Assembly (NCBI RefSeq): GCF_964355755.1 | Contig: NC_092675.1 | Span: 9,605,812 to 9,669,811 of the forward strand | DNA from: Antedon mediterranea | Lineage: Eukaryota; Animalia; Echinodermata | Direction: 5' to 3' | DNA: 64,000 nucleotides | Shown: positions 1 to 15,869 of the stretch, piece by piece | Layout: each line of letters begins with the position of its first letter | Numbering within the stretch: position 1 is the first letter of the stretch | Position numbers and translations under genes: made by a program | The notes under the pieces: generated by a model | What the model was told of the DNA's origin: nothing | Database searches by the model: none | The model's input: only the letters and a program-made list of their open reading frames with translations

Positions 1-61
1 ATAACATCTAATAATGTTTGGCTGCGACAAAAACCAGTAGGTACTACTAAAAACAGTACTA

Positions 62-4606
<4,545 letters not shown>

Positions 4607-4990
4607 TGATTTTGCTTTTATTGTAAGCTCTCAAAAATATAGCAGATAATCTGAAAAGAAATATATAAATGATAAAGTTTTGGTCATGAAAGATTAGAAA
4701 AAGGTTTTGCCAAACGCCGAGGAAACTCTCATCAAAATGAATGTTTATCATTGAATGAGGAGATGTACTGATATCAACCATACATCATTGATTTTCTTTA
4801 TTATAAACAGCAGATAATCTGAAAAGAAATACAGTATATATATATATACAGTATATATTTGCACTGATACCCACAGCATTGTCATTTTTTTTTTTTACAA
4901 CGCTGTGGGTATCAGTGGCTGGATAATCAATGGAGATACAAAATAAAGGCGAAAAGCTAAATCAAAACGAGAAGTAAAACAGCCAGAAAA

Positions 4991-5027
4991 GTTAGCAGAG
5001 CTTTCGGGCAACACTAGCCCTTCATCA

Positions 5028-5032
<5 letters not shown>
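4991..5032 (-). ncRNA. Minimal type I hammerhead ribozyme, copy 1 (stem I truncated by TA run)
   Basis: Minus strand reads CA-CTGATGA-A-GGGC-TAGTGTT-GCCC-GAAA-GC-TC^TG: full CUGAUGA/GAAA/UH core, 4-bp stem II, palindromic AGCU minimal stem III. Confidence 0.7.
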
Positions 5033-5077
<45 letters not shown>

Positions 5078-5120
5078 GAAACGATAAAGATGAGGAAATC
5101 TGTGAGAATGAGGAAAAATT

Positions 5121-5192
5121 CGCCCCAACCGAGACTCGAACTCGGACCGCCTGCTTGATATGCAGATGTCCTAACCATTAGACCACTGGGGC
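5121..5192 (-). tRNA. tRNA-like cloverleaf, anticodon ATC (Asp-like); probably repeat-associated
   Basis: GCCCCAG TG GTCT AATGGTTA GGAC A TCTGC ATATCAA GCAGG CGGT CCGAG TTCGAGT CTCGG TTGGGGC G; all four stems pair, A and B boxes present, TTTTT follows. Confidence 0.65.
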
Positions 5193-5484
5193 TTTCATGG
5201 TATTGTTCGAACTCGATTGGATAGCGACTCTTTAACATTCTCGGCGTGGTACGGCGGAACAGCACTAGTCCTCAGTTGTACGCACGCGCACCAGAGATCA
5301 AATTGATACGCCCTCATCTTACAGTATTTTTATTCACGAGGCGGGATCTCAGAAGAGATACTTTTATATATATAAACAAATCAGGCACAGAACATTAATT
5401 CTAAACCGCCCGGTGATATACTGAAATTTAATTAATTAATTTGAAACGATAAAGATGAGGAAATCTGTGAGAATGAGAAAAAGT

Positions 5485-5556
5485 CGCCCCAACCGAGACT
5501 CGAACTCGGACCGCCTGCTTGATATGCAGATGTCCTAACCATTAGACCACTGGGGC
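5485..5556 (-). tRNA. Second identical tRNA-like cloverleaf, anticodon ATC
   Basis: Same 72-nt sequence as 5121-5192, inside a ~200-bp duplicated cassette (5072-5275 vs 5436-5637); followed by CTTTTT on the minus strand. Confidence 0.65.
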
Positions 5557-5781
5557 TTTCATGGTATTGTTCGAACTCGATTGGATAGCGACTCTTTAAC
5601 ATTCTCGGCGTGGTACGGCGGAACAGCACTAGTCCTCATATATATATATATAACTAATACCCACAGCATTTAGTTATATATATATATATATATAAATCAT
5701 ACTGTAAATTATAGAAACAGTGCTCATATTCGGAACATTATGATTTATATATAATTTACACAGTGCTACGCAACATCATTG

Positions 5782-5885
<104 letters not shown>

Positions 5886-6006
5886 CCAAAGGCAAATTAC
5901 TGAAAAAAATGACAATGCTGTGGGTATCAGTGGCTGGATCTCAATGGAGATACAAAATTAAAAGCGAAAAGCTAAATCAAAACGATAAAGTAAACAGCCA
6001 GAAAAG

Positions 6007-6050
6007 TTAGCAGAGCTTTCGGGCAACACTAGCCCTTCATCAGTGCAATT
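6007..6050 (-). ncRNA. Minimal type I hammerhead ribozyme, copy 2
   Basis: Minus strand AATTGCA-CTGATGA-A-GGGC-TAGTGTT-GCCC-GAAA-GC-TC^TGCTAA; stem I GCA/TGC plus extension; predicted cleavage between 6013 and 6012. Confidence 0.8.
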
Positions 6051-6524
6051 ATTGAGGATATCTTAGCCAAGGATTTTTCTTTAACATTTAATTTTACATT
6101 TTTAAGTGAAATTTTTATTTTTGGTTCCGATCTTCTTTCGAATTGTGAAAATGCTTTATTATTTTATTATGTACAACAATTTCTTGTTAATTCTTGAAGA
6201 TTTAATTGATGTTTCTGTTAGTTGTTTTAAAATGTTGTATTTGTTAATCTGAGGCGCCTTGAAGCTAAGATGGTTCCATCTTGTAAGGCGCCTCTGTGTA
6301 ATATACTGAATAAAAAAAAATAAAAAAAAAAGTGAAGGAATTTGGATAACGTCATAGTATAAAGCTGGCAAGTGCTGCCTATATATATTTTTATATATAT
6401 ATATTATATAATAATAATTTATATTATATATAGGCCTATATATATATTACTTTTTAGGTTATTGGCCAATGAAGATTAGAAAGATGTTTTGCCAGGTCTT
6501 CATTGACGGGAGTTTTTGGTCGTT

Positions 6525-7015
6525 AAGAGAGGTGGTCGCTTACGTGGTCAATGATGAGAAGTGGTCCCTTAAAAGAGACGGTGGTCGTTCAATAGAGGTG
6601 ATCACTTTCGAGAGGTCGTTGTCATGGGAGGTGGTCGATCATGAGAAGCTGTCACATAATTTAAAAGAGTCGTGACTGACGAGAGGTGTGGTCGTTAGGA
6701 GAGGAGATCGATTACGAGAGATTGTCAATTATTAGAAGCGATCCCTTAAAAGAGACGGTGGTGGTTCTATAGAGGTGGTCACTTACGAGAGGTCGTTGTG
6801 ACGGAAGATAGTCGATTATGAGAAGCGGCCTTTAAAAGAGAGAAAGAGGTCGTGGTCCCTTACGAGAGGTGTGGTAGTTAAGAGAGGTGGTCGCTTACGA
6901 GAGGTGGTCGATTATGAGAAGCGGTCCCTTATGAGAGGAGGTGATCCATTACGAGGTGGTCGATTTTGAGAAGCGGTCCCTTAACAGAGATGGTTGCTTG
7001 CGATGTGTGGTCGTT
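6525..7015 (+). repeat. Degenerate tandem array of GAGGTGGTCGCTTACGAGA-like motifs (transposon subterminal-type repeats)
   Basis: Repeated gaggtggtcg / ttacgagagg motifs; the same motif family occurs at the ends of the MITE at 30739-31267. Confidence 0.7.
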
Positions 7016-7217
7016 TTGTTTTCAAGAGGTGGAAAGATCGATGCATTTGCACATGATTTAGACATTTTTGTAAAATATATAACATTTTCTACATCAGCTG
7101 GCGATAGTAGGCCTAACTACATAAGGTGGGAGGTAATTTTCGTTACTACATAAGCTGTCGACCGTTTATACATTAGCTGGTGTTGATTTATATTTACTAC
7201 ATAAGCTGTTGGTGTTT

Positions 7218-7352
7218 TACTACATTAACGGTGGATTGTTCTACGTTAGCGGTGGATTGTTCTACATTAGCGGTGGATTGTTCTACATTAGCGGTGGATT
7301 GTTCTACATTAACGGTGGATTGTTCTACATTAGCGGTGGATTACATTAACGG
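7218..7352. repeat. 21-bp minisatellite, ~6 copies
   Basis: Unit TTCTACATTAGCGGTGGATTG. Confidence 0.9.
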
Positions 7353-7616
7353 CTATTATTTCGACAGCTGGCGTTTTTGGCATTAGCGGTTGTAAACACA
7401 CGTATTATTATAGGCATATAATGGTTGTTTCTGGGTAAGATGCACGAATGACCACATTCACAACTAAACAAGGCCATATAAATGGCTGCAGTCGCGTGCT
7501 TAAATTTGAGTTAGTGTTTATCGTGTTACCAGTTTTTAGTCACGTGTAGGGTTGTGTTCGTACGTATAAAAAAATAAGCGTTTATTTTCAACCTAGCCCC
7601 AAGGCATGCTTCAGAC

Positions 7617-9680
7617 CGTATCCGGATATTCACCCCCTGGACATTTACCCCCCGTAAAACTACCCCCCGGATAACCACAACCTGGACCACTACCCCCTTA
7701 GGACAACTACCCCTTTAGGACAACTACCCGCCGGACAAATACCCCCCGGACAACTACGCCCTTAGGACAACAACTCCCTTAGGACAACTACCCTTAGGAC
7801 AACTACCCCCTGGACAACTACCCCCCGGACAATTACCCCTAGGAACAATTACCCCCCCGGACAATAACCCCCCGGACAATAACCCGCCGGGACAATTACC
7901 TCCCCCCCCCCGGGTAATTACCCCGCGGACAACTACCTCTGACACACTACTCCCCGTAGGACAACTACTTCCTGGACAATACTCCGAGGGAAAATAATCT
8001 TTTAGGACAACTAACCCCCGGACAACTACCCCCGGACAATTACCCAAGGAACAATTACCCCCCGGACAATAACTCCCGGACAATTCCCCCCCCCCCCCCC
8101 CCGGGTAATTACCCCGCGGACAACTACCTCTGACACAATACTCCCCGTAGGACAACTACTTCCTGGACAATACTCCGCTTTTAAGACAACTAACCCCTGG
8201 ACAACTACCCCCGGACAATTACCCAAGGAACAATTACCCCCTGACAATTACCCCCGGAGAACTACCCCCTCCCCCCCCCCCGCGTAATTACCCCGCGGAC
8301 AACTACCTCTGACACAATACTCCCCGTAGGACAACTACCTCCTGGACCTGGACAATACTCCGAGGGCAAATAATCTTTTAGGACAACTACCTCCGTAGGA
8401 CAACTAACCTCTGGACAACTACCACCCAGAAAACTATCCCTTTAGAACAACTACCCCCCGGACGGACAACTACCACCCCGGACCATTCAACAACCTGACT
8501 CTGCAACAGTGTATAATAGGAATTAATAACTATATTTTAATTCGTTACTTTGACGAATTACTATTCATTATTGTAAACAAAAGTAAAAGATTGAACATAA
8601 ATAATTATAGCCTGGTATAAACTGAAGATTGTCACACATGATCATAGGATAGTCGAACGTATTATATAGTACTCCCTGTATTTACTGTAAAGACTGGGTT
8701 CGCTAATAATAATAATTTTTGCGTCAGGACAATGCTTCGATAACCACTGGTCTTAAAAGAATTAATTTTTGTCTCAAATTTGTCATATATGTATTTTTGT
8801 ACACTTGAAGAATAATATCACTTTTGATATTTGACCTCAATGTTCACTCACCGGATAAACGGCGATCTTTAAATAAATTCCCCTCAAATAAACGGTGACC
8901 ATGTCACTCCCATGAAACATCATATGGAATAATCGGCGTCTATTTCCATTAGATTATACCCCCTCCCATTGAATAAACAACTTTCTTTCAATAAATATCC
9001 ACCTAAAAAACACCTAAACAATAAACAGCCCAGGCCGTTTTTTCAATAAATACGGTACTTTAAATCTAGCACATCTAGGGTCTAGCGTGCTGTTAAACAG
9101 AATAATCGGTTGAAAACGGGTGTTTCGAAACTAGAGACCCGAGACCAGAGACCCAATACGAAAAGGGAGACCTAAATATACGAAAAGGGAGACCCAAATA
9201 TACGAAAAGGGAGACCCAAATATACAAAATGGGAGACCCCACTATACGAAAAGAGAGACCACACTATACGAAAAGGGAGACCCTAATATACGAAAAGGGA
9301 GACTCAAATATAGGTCTCCCTTTTCATATTGGGTCTCGTGTCAGGTCTCTGGTCTCGGGTCTCTAGTTTCGAAACACCCGTTAAAAACAGATGATTTCAT
9401 TTTTACAGAAACCGGTCCTATATATTTGTCTACTTTTGGATTGGGGGAGGGGGTGGTAGTTGACCGGGGGTAGTTGACCGGGGGTAGTTACCCGGGGGAG
9501 GTTATCCTAAGGGTGTAGTTGTCCTAAGGGGGTGGTTGTTGTCCGGGGGGGGGGGGTAGTTGTCCGGGGGGTTGTTATCCTAAGGGGGTAGTTGTCCGGG
9601 GGGGTAGTTGCCCGGGGGGTAGTTGTCCGGGTGGTAAACATCCGGGGGGTAACTGTCTAGGGGATAGGTGTCCTAGAACC
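7617..9680. mobile_element. Non-autonomous DNA transposon with inverted arrays of GGACAACTACCCC subterminal repeats
   Basis: Left array 7617-8485 (ggacaactacccc), right array 9450-9680 (ggggtagttgtcc); perfect 8-bp TSD cttcagac at 7609-7616 and 9681-9688. Confidence 0.85.
9118..9379. mobile_element. MITE, Mutator-like, nested in the previous element
   Basis: ~36-bp TIR GGGTGTTTCGAAACTAGAGACCCGAGACCAGAGACC; 9-bp TSD gttgaaaac / gttaaaaac; internal ~22-bp tandem repeats. Confidence 0.8.
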
Positions 9681-9711
9681 CTTCAGACACCATTCGTACG
9701 TACAGATTATT

Positions 9712-12700
9712 GAGGTATATTCAGAGCGTCATTTCGACGATCGAGCATTCTCTACTTTTACGGAGCGCCATTTATGCCTTTATTTACTTCCGAAATAGAA
9801 ATAGTACTGCGGTAGCTGCTTCAGTGGACCAAATTTAGCACCGGTGGAGCACAGTGATATAAAATAGAAAAAAGTCACTAATATCTTTTCGTATGTTAAT
9901 ACACTGTGCTCAAGTGGACCCAATTTGGAGCCAGTGGAGCACAGTGATATAAAATAGAATTAATTCACTGAATTTTAATATCTTTTCGTATGTTAATACC
10001 GGGGTTAATACACTGTGCTCAAGTGGATCCAATTTGGAGCCAGGGGAGCACAGTGATATAAAATAGAAATAAGTCACTGAATGTTAAATCTTTTCGTATG
10101 TTAATACACTGTGCTCAAGTGGACCCAATTTGGAGCCAGTGGAGCACAGTGATATAAAATAGAAAAAAGTCACTGAATTTTAATATATTTTCGTATGTTA
10201 ATACACTGTGCTCAAGTGGACCCAATTTGGAGCCAGTGGAGCAGAGTGATATAAAATAGAAAAAAGTCACTGAATTTTAATATATTTTCGTATGTTAATA
10301 CACTGTGCTCAAGTGGACCCAATTTGGAGCCAGTGGAGCACAGTGATATAAAATAGAAATAAGTCACTGAATGTTAATATCTTTTCGTATGTTAATACAC
10401 TGTGCTCAAGTGGACCTAATTTGGCGCCAGTGGAGCACAGTGATATAAAATAGAAATAAGTCACTAAATTTTAATATCTCTTCGTATATTAATACACTGT
10501 GCTCACGTGGACCCAATTGGCGCGCGCGCCAGTGACCACAGTGATATAAAATAGAAAAAAGTCACTAAATTATAATATATTTTCGTATTTTAATACACTG
10601 TGCTCAAGTGGACCCAATTTGGCACCAATGAGAGCACAGGGAAATAGTCACATACAAAAACATCGAGAAAAAATACTTCTGGATTTCAAAAATATTTCAA
10701 ACTTATTATATAAATTCAATATCGGTTACTCCATCCGTAAACCAAAAGAAAAATTAGTTTCAGGCCATATCAGTGATTTTAGTAATTTTCGTTCGTTTAA
10801 AATGTATATTTATGATAGAACATAGAATTCCAACACATTTTTTAAACTTTACATTTTGATCGTCATCAATTGTCCTACACATTTGAAATTTGGTAATATA
10901 TGTTCAATAGGTTACTACACGTTCAATATGTTACTACATAATTCATATTTCTAACATATGTCTTTTTTTTTATCGCTAAAGTTTAAAAAAATGTGTTGGA
11001 ATTTTATGTTCTTTCATAAGTATTTATTATAGGCAAACGCAATTAGTTATTAAAATCACTGATGTGGCTTGAAACTATTTTTTCTTTTGGTTTACGGATG
11101 GAGTAACCGATATTGAACTTATATAGGCCTACCAAGTTTGAAATATTTTTGAATTCGATAAATATTTTTTCTAGAAGTTTTTGTATGTGACTATTTCCCT
11201 GTGCTCCCATTGGTGCCAAATTGGGTCCACTTGACTTTTTTTTAATTTTATATCACTATGCTCACTGGCGCGCGCGCCATATTGGGTACGTCCACGTAAG
11301 CACAGTGTATTAACATACGAAAAAGATATTAAAATTCAGTGACTTATTTCTATTTTATATCACTGTGCTCCCCTGGCTCCAAATCGGGTCCACTTGAGCA
11401 CAGTGTATTAAATACGAAAAGATATTAAAATTCAGTGACTTTTTCACGCTGCTGCTCTAGCCCGCTACGTCCCATTAGGACTACTCAATCAGAAGCTAAA
11501 GCAAGCAGCAGTTATAGTTCTAAGGACAGACAGTTTTGTGAAAATGGAAACTCCACTATAATTTATTGATTCCAGCTGCTACAGTAGACCCAAAAAACGT
11601 CTGGGAAAGAGTCTATTAGGACATGTCATGCTAAAATTACAAATCCCTAAGCATTTCTGGTGGTATATTCACTGTCAGATATTCATTGAATTACAGGAGT
11701 ATTATCGAAACAGGCCATTAAAGTTTGTGTTTGTAATAGGATACTTCACAATTGAAATATCTAGGGTGATGAAGTGACCCCCAGATAATAAAATTAACTA
11801 AAGTGACAGAAATTGAGTATTCACTTCTGTAACAAAAAAATAATATTTATTCACATATAAAAAAAGAAAAGAAACCCAAAAACCATTGTCTGACAGACAA
11901 TTTAAGTATTTGTTTCTTTAAATTACATTTTTTTTCAGGTAAAATAACTATTATGTGACAATAAAATGACACATTCAAAAACATTTGAAATAAAAAATAT
12001 TTTTCAATAAGCGAGCAGCGTTTTTTGTAAGAAATATTTCTTGTCCATTTTATATCACTGTGCTCCACTGGTGCCAAATTAAGTCCACTTGAGCACAGTG
12101 TATTAACATACGAAAATATATTAACATCAATGACTTATTTCTATTTTATATCACTGTGCTCTCCTGGCGCCAAATTTGGTCCACTTGAGCACAGTGTATT
12201 AACATACGAAAAGATATTAAAATTTAGTGACTTATTTCTATTTTATATCACTGTGCTCCACTGGCTCCAATTGGGTCCACTTGAGCACAGTGTATTAACA
12301 TACGAAAAGATATTAAAATTCAGTGACTTATTTCTATTTTATATCACTGTGCTCCCCTGGCTCCAAATTGGGTCCACTTGAGCACAGTGTACGTAATAAC
12401 TTACGAAAAGATATTAAAATTCAGTGACTTATTTCTATTTTATATCACTGTGCTCCCCTGGCTCCCAATTGGGTCCACTTGAGCACAGTGTATTAGCATA
12501 CGAAAATATATTAATATTCAGTGACTTATTTCTATTTTATATCACTGTGCTCTCCTGGCGCCAAATTGGGTCAACTTGAGCACAGTGTATTAACATACGA
12601 AAAGATATTAAAATTCAGTGACTTATTTCTATTTTATATCACTACTGTGCTCCACTGGCTCCAAATTGGGTTCACTTGAGCACAGTGTTGGCCTATTAAC

Positions 12701-12988
12701 ATACCAAAAGATATTAAAATTCAGGGGCTTATTTCTATTTTATATCACTGTGCTCCTCACTGGCGCCAAATTGTGTCCACTTGAGCACAGTGTATTAACA
12801 TACAAAAAGATATTAAAATTAGTGACTTTTTTCTATTTTATATCACTGTGCTCCACCGGTGCTAAATTTGGTCCACTGGAGCAGCTACCGTAGTACTATT
12901 TCTATTTCGGAAGTAAATAAATGCATAAATGGCGCTCCGTAGAAGTAGAGAATACTCGATCGTCGAAATGACGTTCTGAATATACCTC
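9712..12988. mobile_element. 3.3-kb foldback element with 97-bp tandem repeats in both arms
   Basis: Termini GAGGTATATTCAGA / TCTGAATATACCTC; ~125-bp unique TIR, then 97-bp repeats in opposite orientations; inner imperfect palindrome centred near 10920; flanking gattatt duplicated at 9705-9711 and 12989-12995. Confidence 0.88.
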
Positions 12989-13019
12989 GATTATTTACCG
13001 ATTATAACCAGTTATGCCC

Positions 13020-13193
13020 TAGTCTGGGTTCCAGACGGAGTTTTGTCTTAATATTAGTTAAAAGATAAATATTTTGGCACAGATGACGTTTCATACGTAT
13101 ACTACTTGATTTTGGATTTTCAGACAAAAATCGCGGTCGAAATAAAAACAAATAAATAAAAAAAAAAGATAATACAGACTTGGGGCAAGTCTA
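13020..13193 (+). mobile_element. Internally deleted copy of the hairpin-ended element at 54473-55428
   Basis: Both ends match 54473-54571 and 55346-55428 and are joined directly here. Confidence 0.75.
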
Positions 13194-13295
13194 GTTATGC
13201 CCATGCTTGAACGATTCATGGCCATGCTTGAACGATTCATGGCCGGAAATTACGTTTAGAGGTCAGCCCGGTTTGTAACCTACGACCCACAACAA

Positions 13296-14822
13296 CGAAT
13301 TGTTTCGTGCGAATTATTCAAATTTCTTTGTTTTGTATACGCCTTTTTCACGAAACGGAAGGAAGCGTAACCAACAGAAATAACATAGCGTTTTTAGCCT
13401 ATTTTCGGAGGAAAAGTTACTTAAAAATCCTCAACGGACAGTCGTATGGACAACATTTTTTACTGTAAAATGTTCTTTAAAGATTAGCCTACATAACTGT
13501 GTGATTGAACACAATTAGAATTTTTTTTATTTTCACTCATCGAAAAAACACCACGGTGTAAGCATAGGCCCCGCAACTTTGCCGCGAAAACGCCGGTGAC
13601 AAACGCCTATGCTTATACACTGTGGTGTTTTTTCGATGGATTTTAAGTAGTGACAACAAAATTTCTACTTTTTTTCAATCACACAGTGATGTAGGCCAAT
13701 CTTTTAAGAACATTTCACAGTAATTTGTTTTCTCATACGATCCTCCGTTCAAGAGTTACGATTTTTTAATTAACATGGTGTCCTGAAATCCCCTGAAAAC
13801 GCTATGTTATTTCTGTTGGTACGCTTCGTTGCACGGCATTGTTTGTCAACGATCGAACTTGATCTCTTTCGTTTCGTGAAAAAGGCATTCGCTGTTATTA
13901 AATATTTTTACCAACTACAACTTGTTTTCTTACGACCACCCTTATGCCATTTGAAGCCGAAAATCCTGTCGAGATATGCCTACTCCTTACGACCATTTTT
14001 TATGTTACTTGACGATGATTTTGAGCCTACCCTGAACAACGATTTAGACCAAAATATTGACGATCGACGTTCTAGCCCTGCACCAACAAGGACAACACCG
14101 CCTCAAACACGAACGTTGTTATCGGAGATTAATTACACGCCGTAGGCTGATCGAATTGTTTCGTACGAATTATTCAATTTTCTTTGTTTTGTATACGCCT
14201 TTTTCACGAAACGGAAGACATCTTCGATCGATGACAAACAATGCCGTGCAACGACGAAGCGTAACCAACAGAAATAACATAGCGTTTTTAGCCTATTTCC
14301 GGAGGACAAGTTACTTAAAAATCCTCAACGGACAGTCGTATGGACAAAATTTTTACTGTAAAATGTTCTTTAAAGATTAGCCTACATAACTGTGTGATTG
14401 AACAAAATTAGAATTTTTTTTATTTTCACTCATCGAAAAAACACCACGGTGTAAAGCATAGGCCCCGCGACTTTGCCGCGAAAAAACGCCGGTGACAAAC
14501 GCCTATGCTTATACACTGTGGTGTTTTTTTCGATGGATTTTAAGTAGTGACAACAAAATTTCTACTTTTTTTCAATCACACAGTGATGTAGGCCAATCTT
14601 TTAAGAACATTTCACAGTAATTTGTTTTCTCATACGATCCTCCGTTCAAGAGTTACGATTTTTTAATTAACATGGTGTCCTGAAATCCCATGAAACGCTA
14701 TGTTATTTCTGACCAAAATATTGACGATCGACGACAACACCGCCTCAAACACGAACGTTGTTATCGGAGATTAATTACACGCCGTAGCTGATCGGAGATT
14801 TATTATACGCCCGTAGGCTGAA
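13296..14822. repeat. Tandem duplication of an ~856-bp unit containing a large imperfect inverted repeat
   Basis: cgaattgtttcg at 13296 and 14152; within the unit, aaccaacagaaataacatagcgtttt is inverted as aaaacgctatgttatttctgttggt. Confidence 0.85.
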
Positions 14823-15609
14823 TTTACGTCTAAATTTGGTGGACTTTTTACCTCGTTTGGCATAGACCTAATTGGTTTTTAATCGTCGTATATGGAACAA
14901 AATACAAAAATGAATAATAATAATAATAATAATTAAAAACACCCTATAGAGCTCTTCCGAATCGATTCATTACAATTGACCAACTGAACACACTTTATCG
15001 TTGATCTTTAAAAAAGCAATTATTAAAAAAAATATTCATCCGCTTCTGGCATTTTCTGACACTTGAGATGATCCATCGCTTGTGATTGGTCAAGACACTT
15101 ACGTTTACGTCATTACGTCATAGTGAGAACCAACTTTAAGAAGTAGGCTATGGGTGTGTCCCCAGATAGTTCGAGGTTGTAAACGTGACCATAACGTTTA
15201 AGGCCCGGCCTGCACTGAAAATACCTTATAAATGATGCCATTATAATCATAAGCGTACACTATTTTATTGGTCAATTTAATATATTGATAGCAGTTAAGT
15301 TGTAAGAAGCATAATCATGATGTAAAGTGTAAACAAAGTACTTACTACATGTAAATGCTGACGCTCTGGTCGTGTTTCGATTCCACAAAATAGTATTGGG
15401 ACACTGCTCTTCATGGATCACTAAGTCTGTTACTAACATTAACAATGAAAATACTTAAATGAATAGTTGCAATGAAACTTTGTTATTTAAATTTGATTGT
15501 TATTTAAATACATCCGTGGTTGATTCAATTCAAAAATAATAGTTACATCTGAACTAAGAAATTGTTTGTTTTCTCTGGTAGTCGGTACAAAAGCGTGTGT
15601 CATGTTTTG

Positions 15610-15762
15610 CACATGTTATCATTGACTGTTGTAGGCCTTAGTACATGTTATCATTGACTGTTGTAGGCCTTAGTACATGTTATCATTGACTGTTGTAGGC
15701 CTTAGTACATGTTATCATTGACTGTTGTAGGCCTTAGTACATGTTATCATTGACTGTTGTTA
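15610..15762. repeat. 32-bp minisatellite, ~4.5 copies
   Basis: Unit ACATGTTATCATTGACTGTTGTAGGCCTTAGT. Confidence 0.92.
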
Positions 15763-15869
15763 TCATTGTTGCTGTTGCACATGCTGTTGTTTCACATTTT
15801 GTTGTTGAGTTCTAGCATTTCTTAACAAACAAACTTTAGTTTAGATGATTACAATATTATCGATAGTTG

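Noticed and set aside
5121-5192. Reading the tRNA-like loop as a TCA (selenocysteine/suppressor) anticodon
   Set aside because: In the 7-nt loop ATATCAA the canonical positions give ATC; the long variable arm and extended acceptor stem of tRNA-Sec are absent.
5255-5285. CTGAGGA on the minus strand as a third hammerhead core
   Set aside because: No stem II followed by GAAA at a suitable distance could be found.
5014-5629. Duplicated ORF MLFRRTTPRMLKSRYP..
   Set aside because: It overlaps the tRNA-like cassette and runs into (TA)n; no coding signature.
7754-8247. Gly/Cys/Pro-rich ORFs on the minus strand
   Set aside because: Translations of the GGACAACTACCCC repeat array; no splice or domain evidence.
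9836-12880. Regularly spaced palindromic repeats resembling a CRISPR array
   Set aside because: The spacers are identical rather than unique, the context is eukaryotic, and there are no cas genes; these are tandem 97-bp units of a foldback.
13804-14380. ORFs of 107-113 aa in the tandem duplication
   Set aside because: No transposase or other motif; the second copy is disrupted by deletions.
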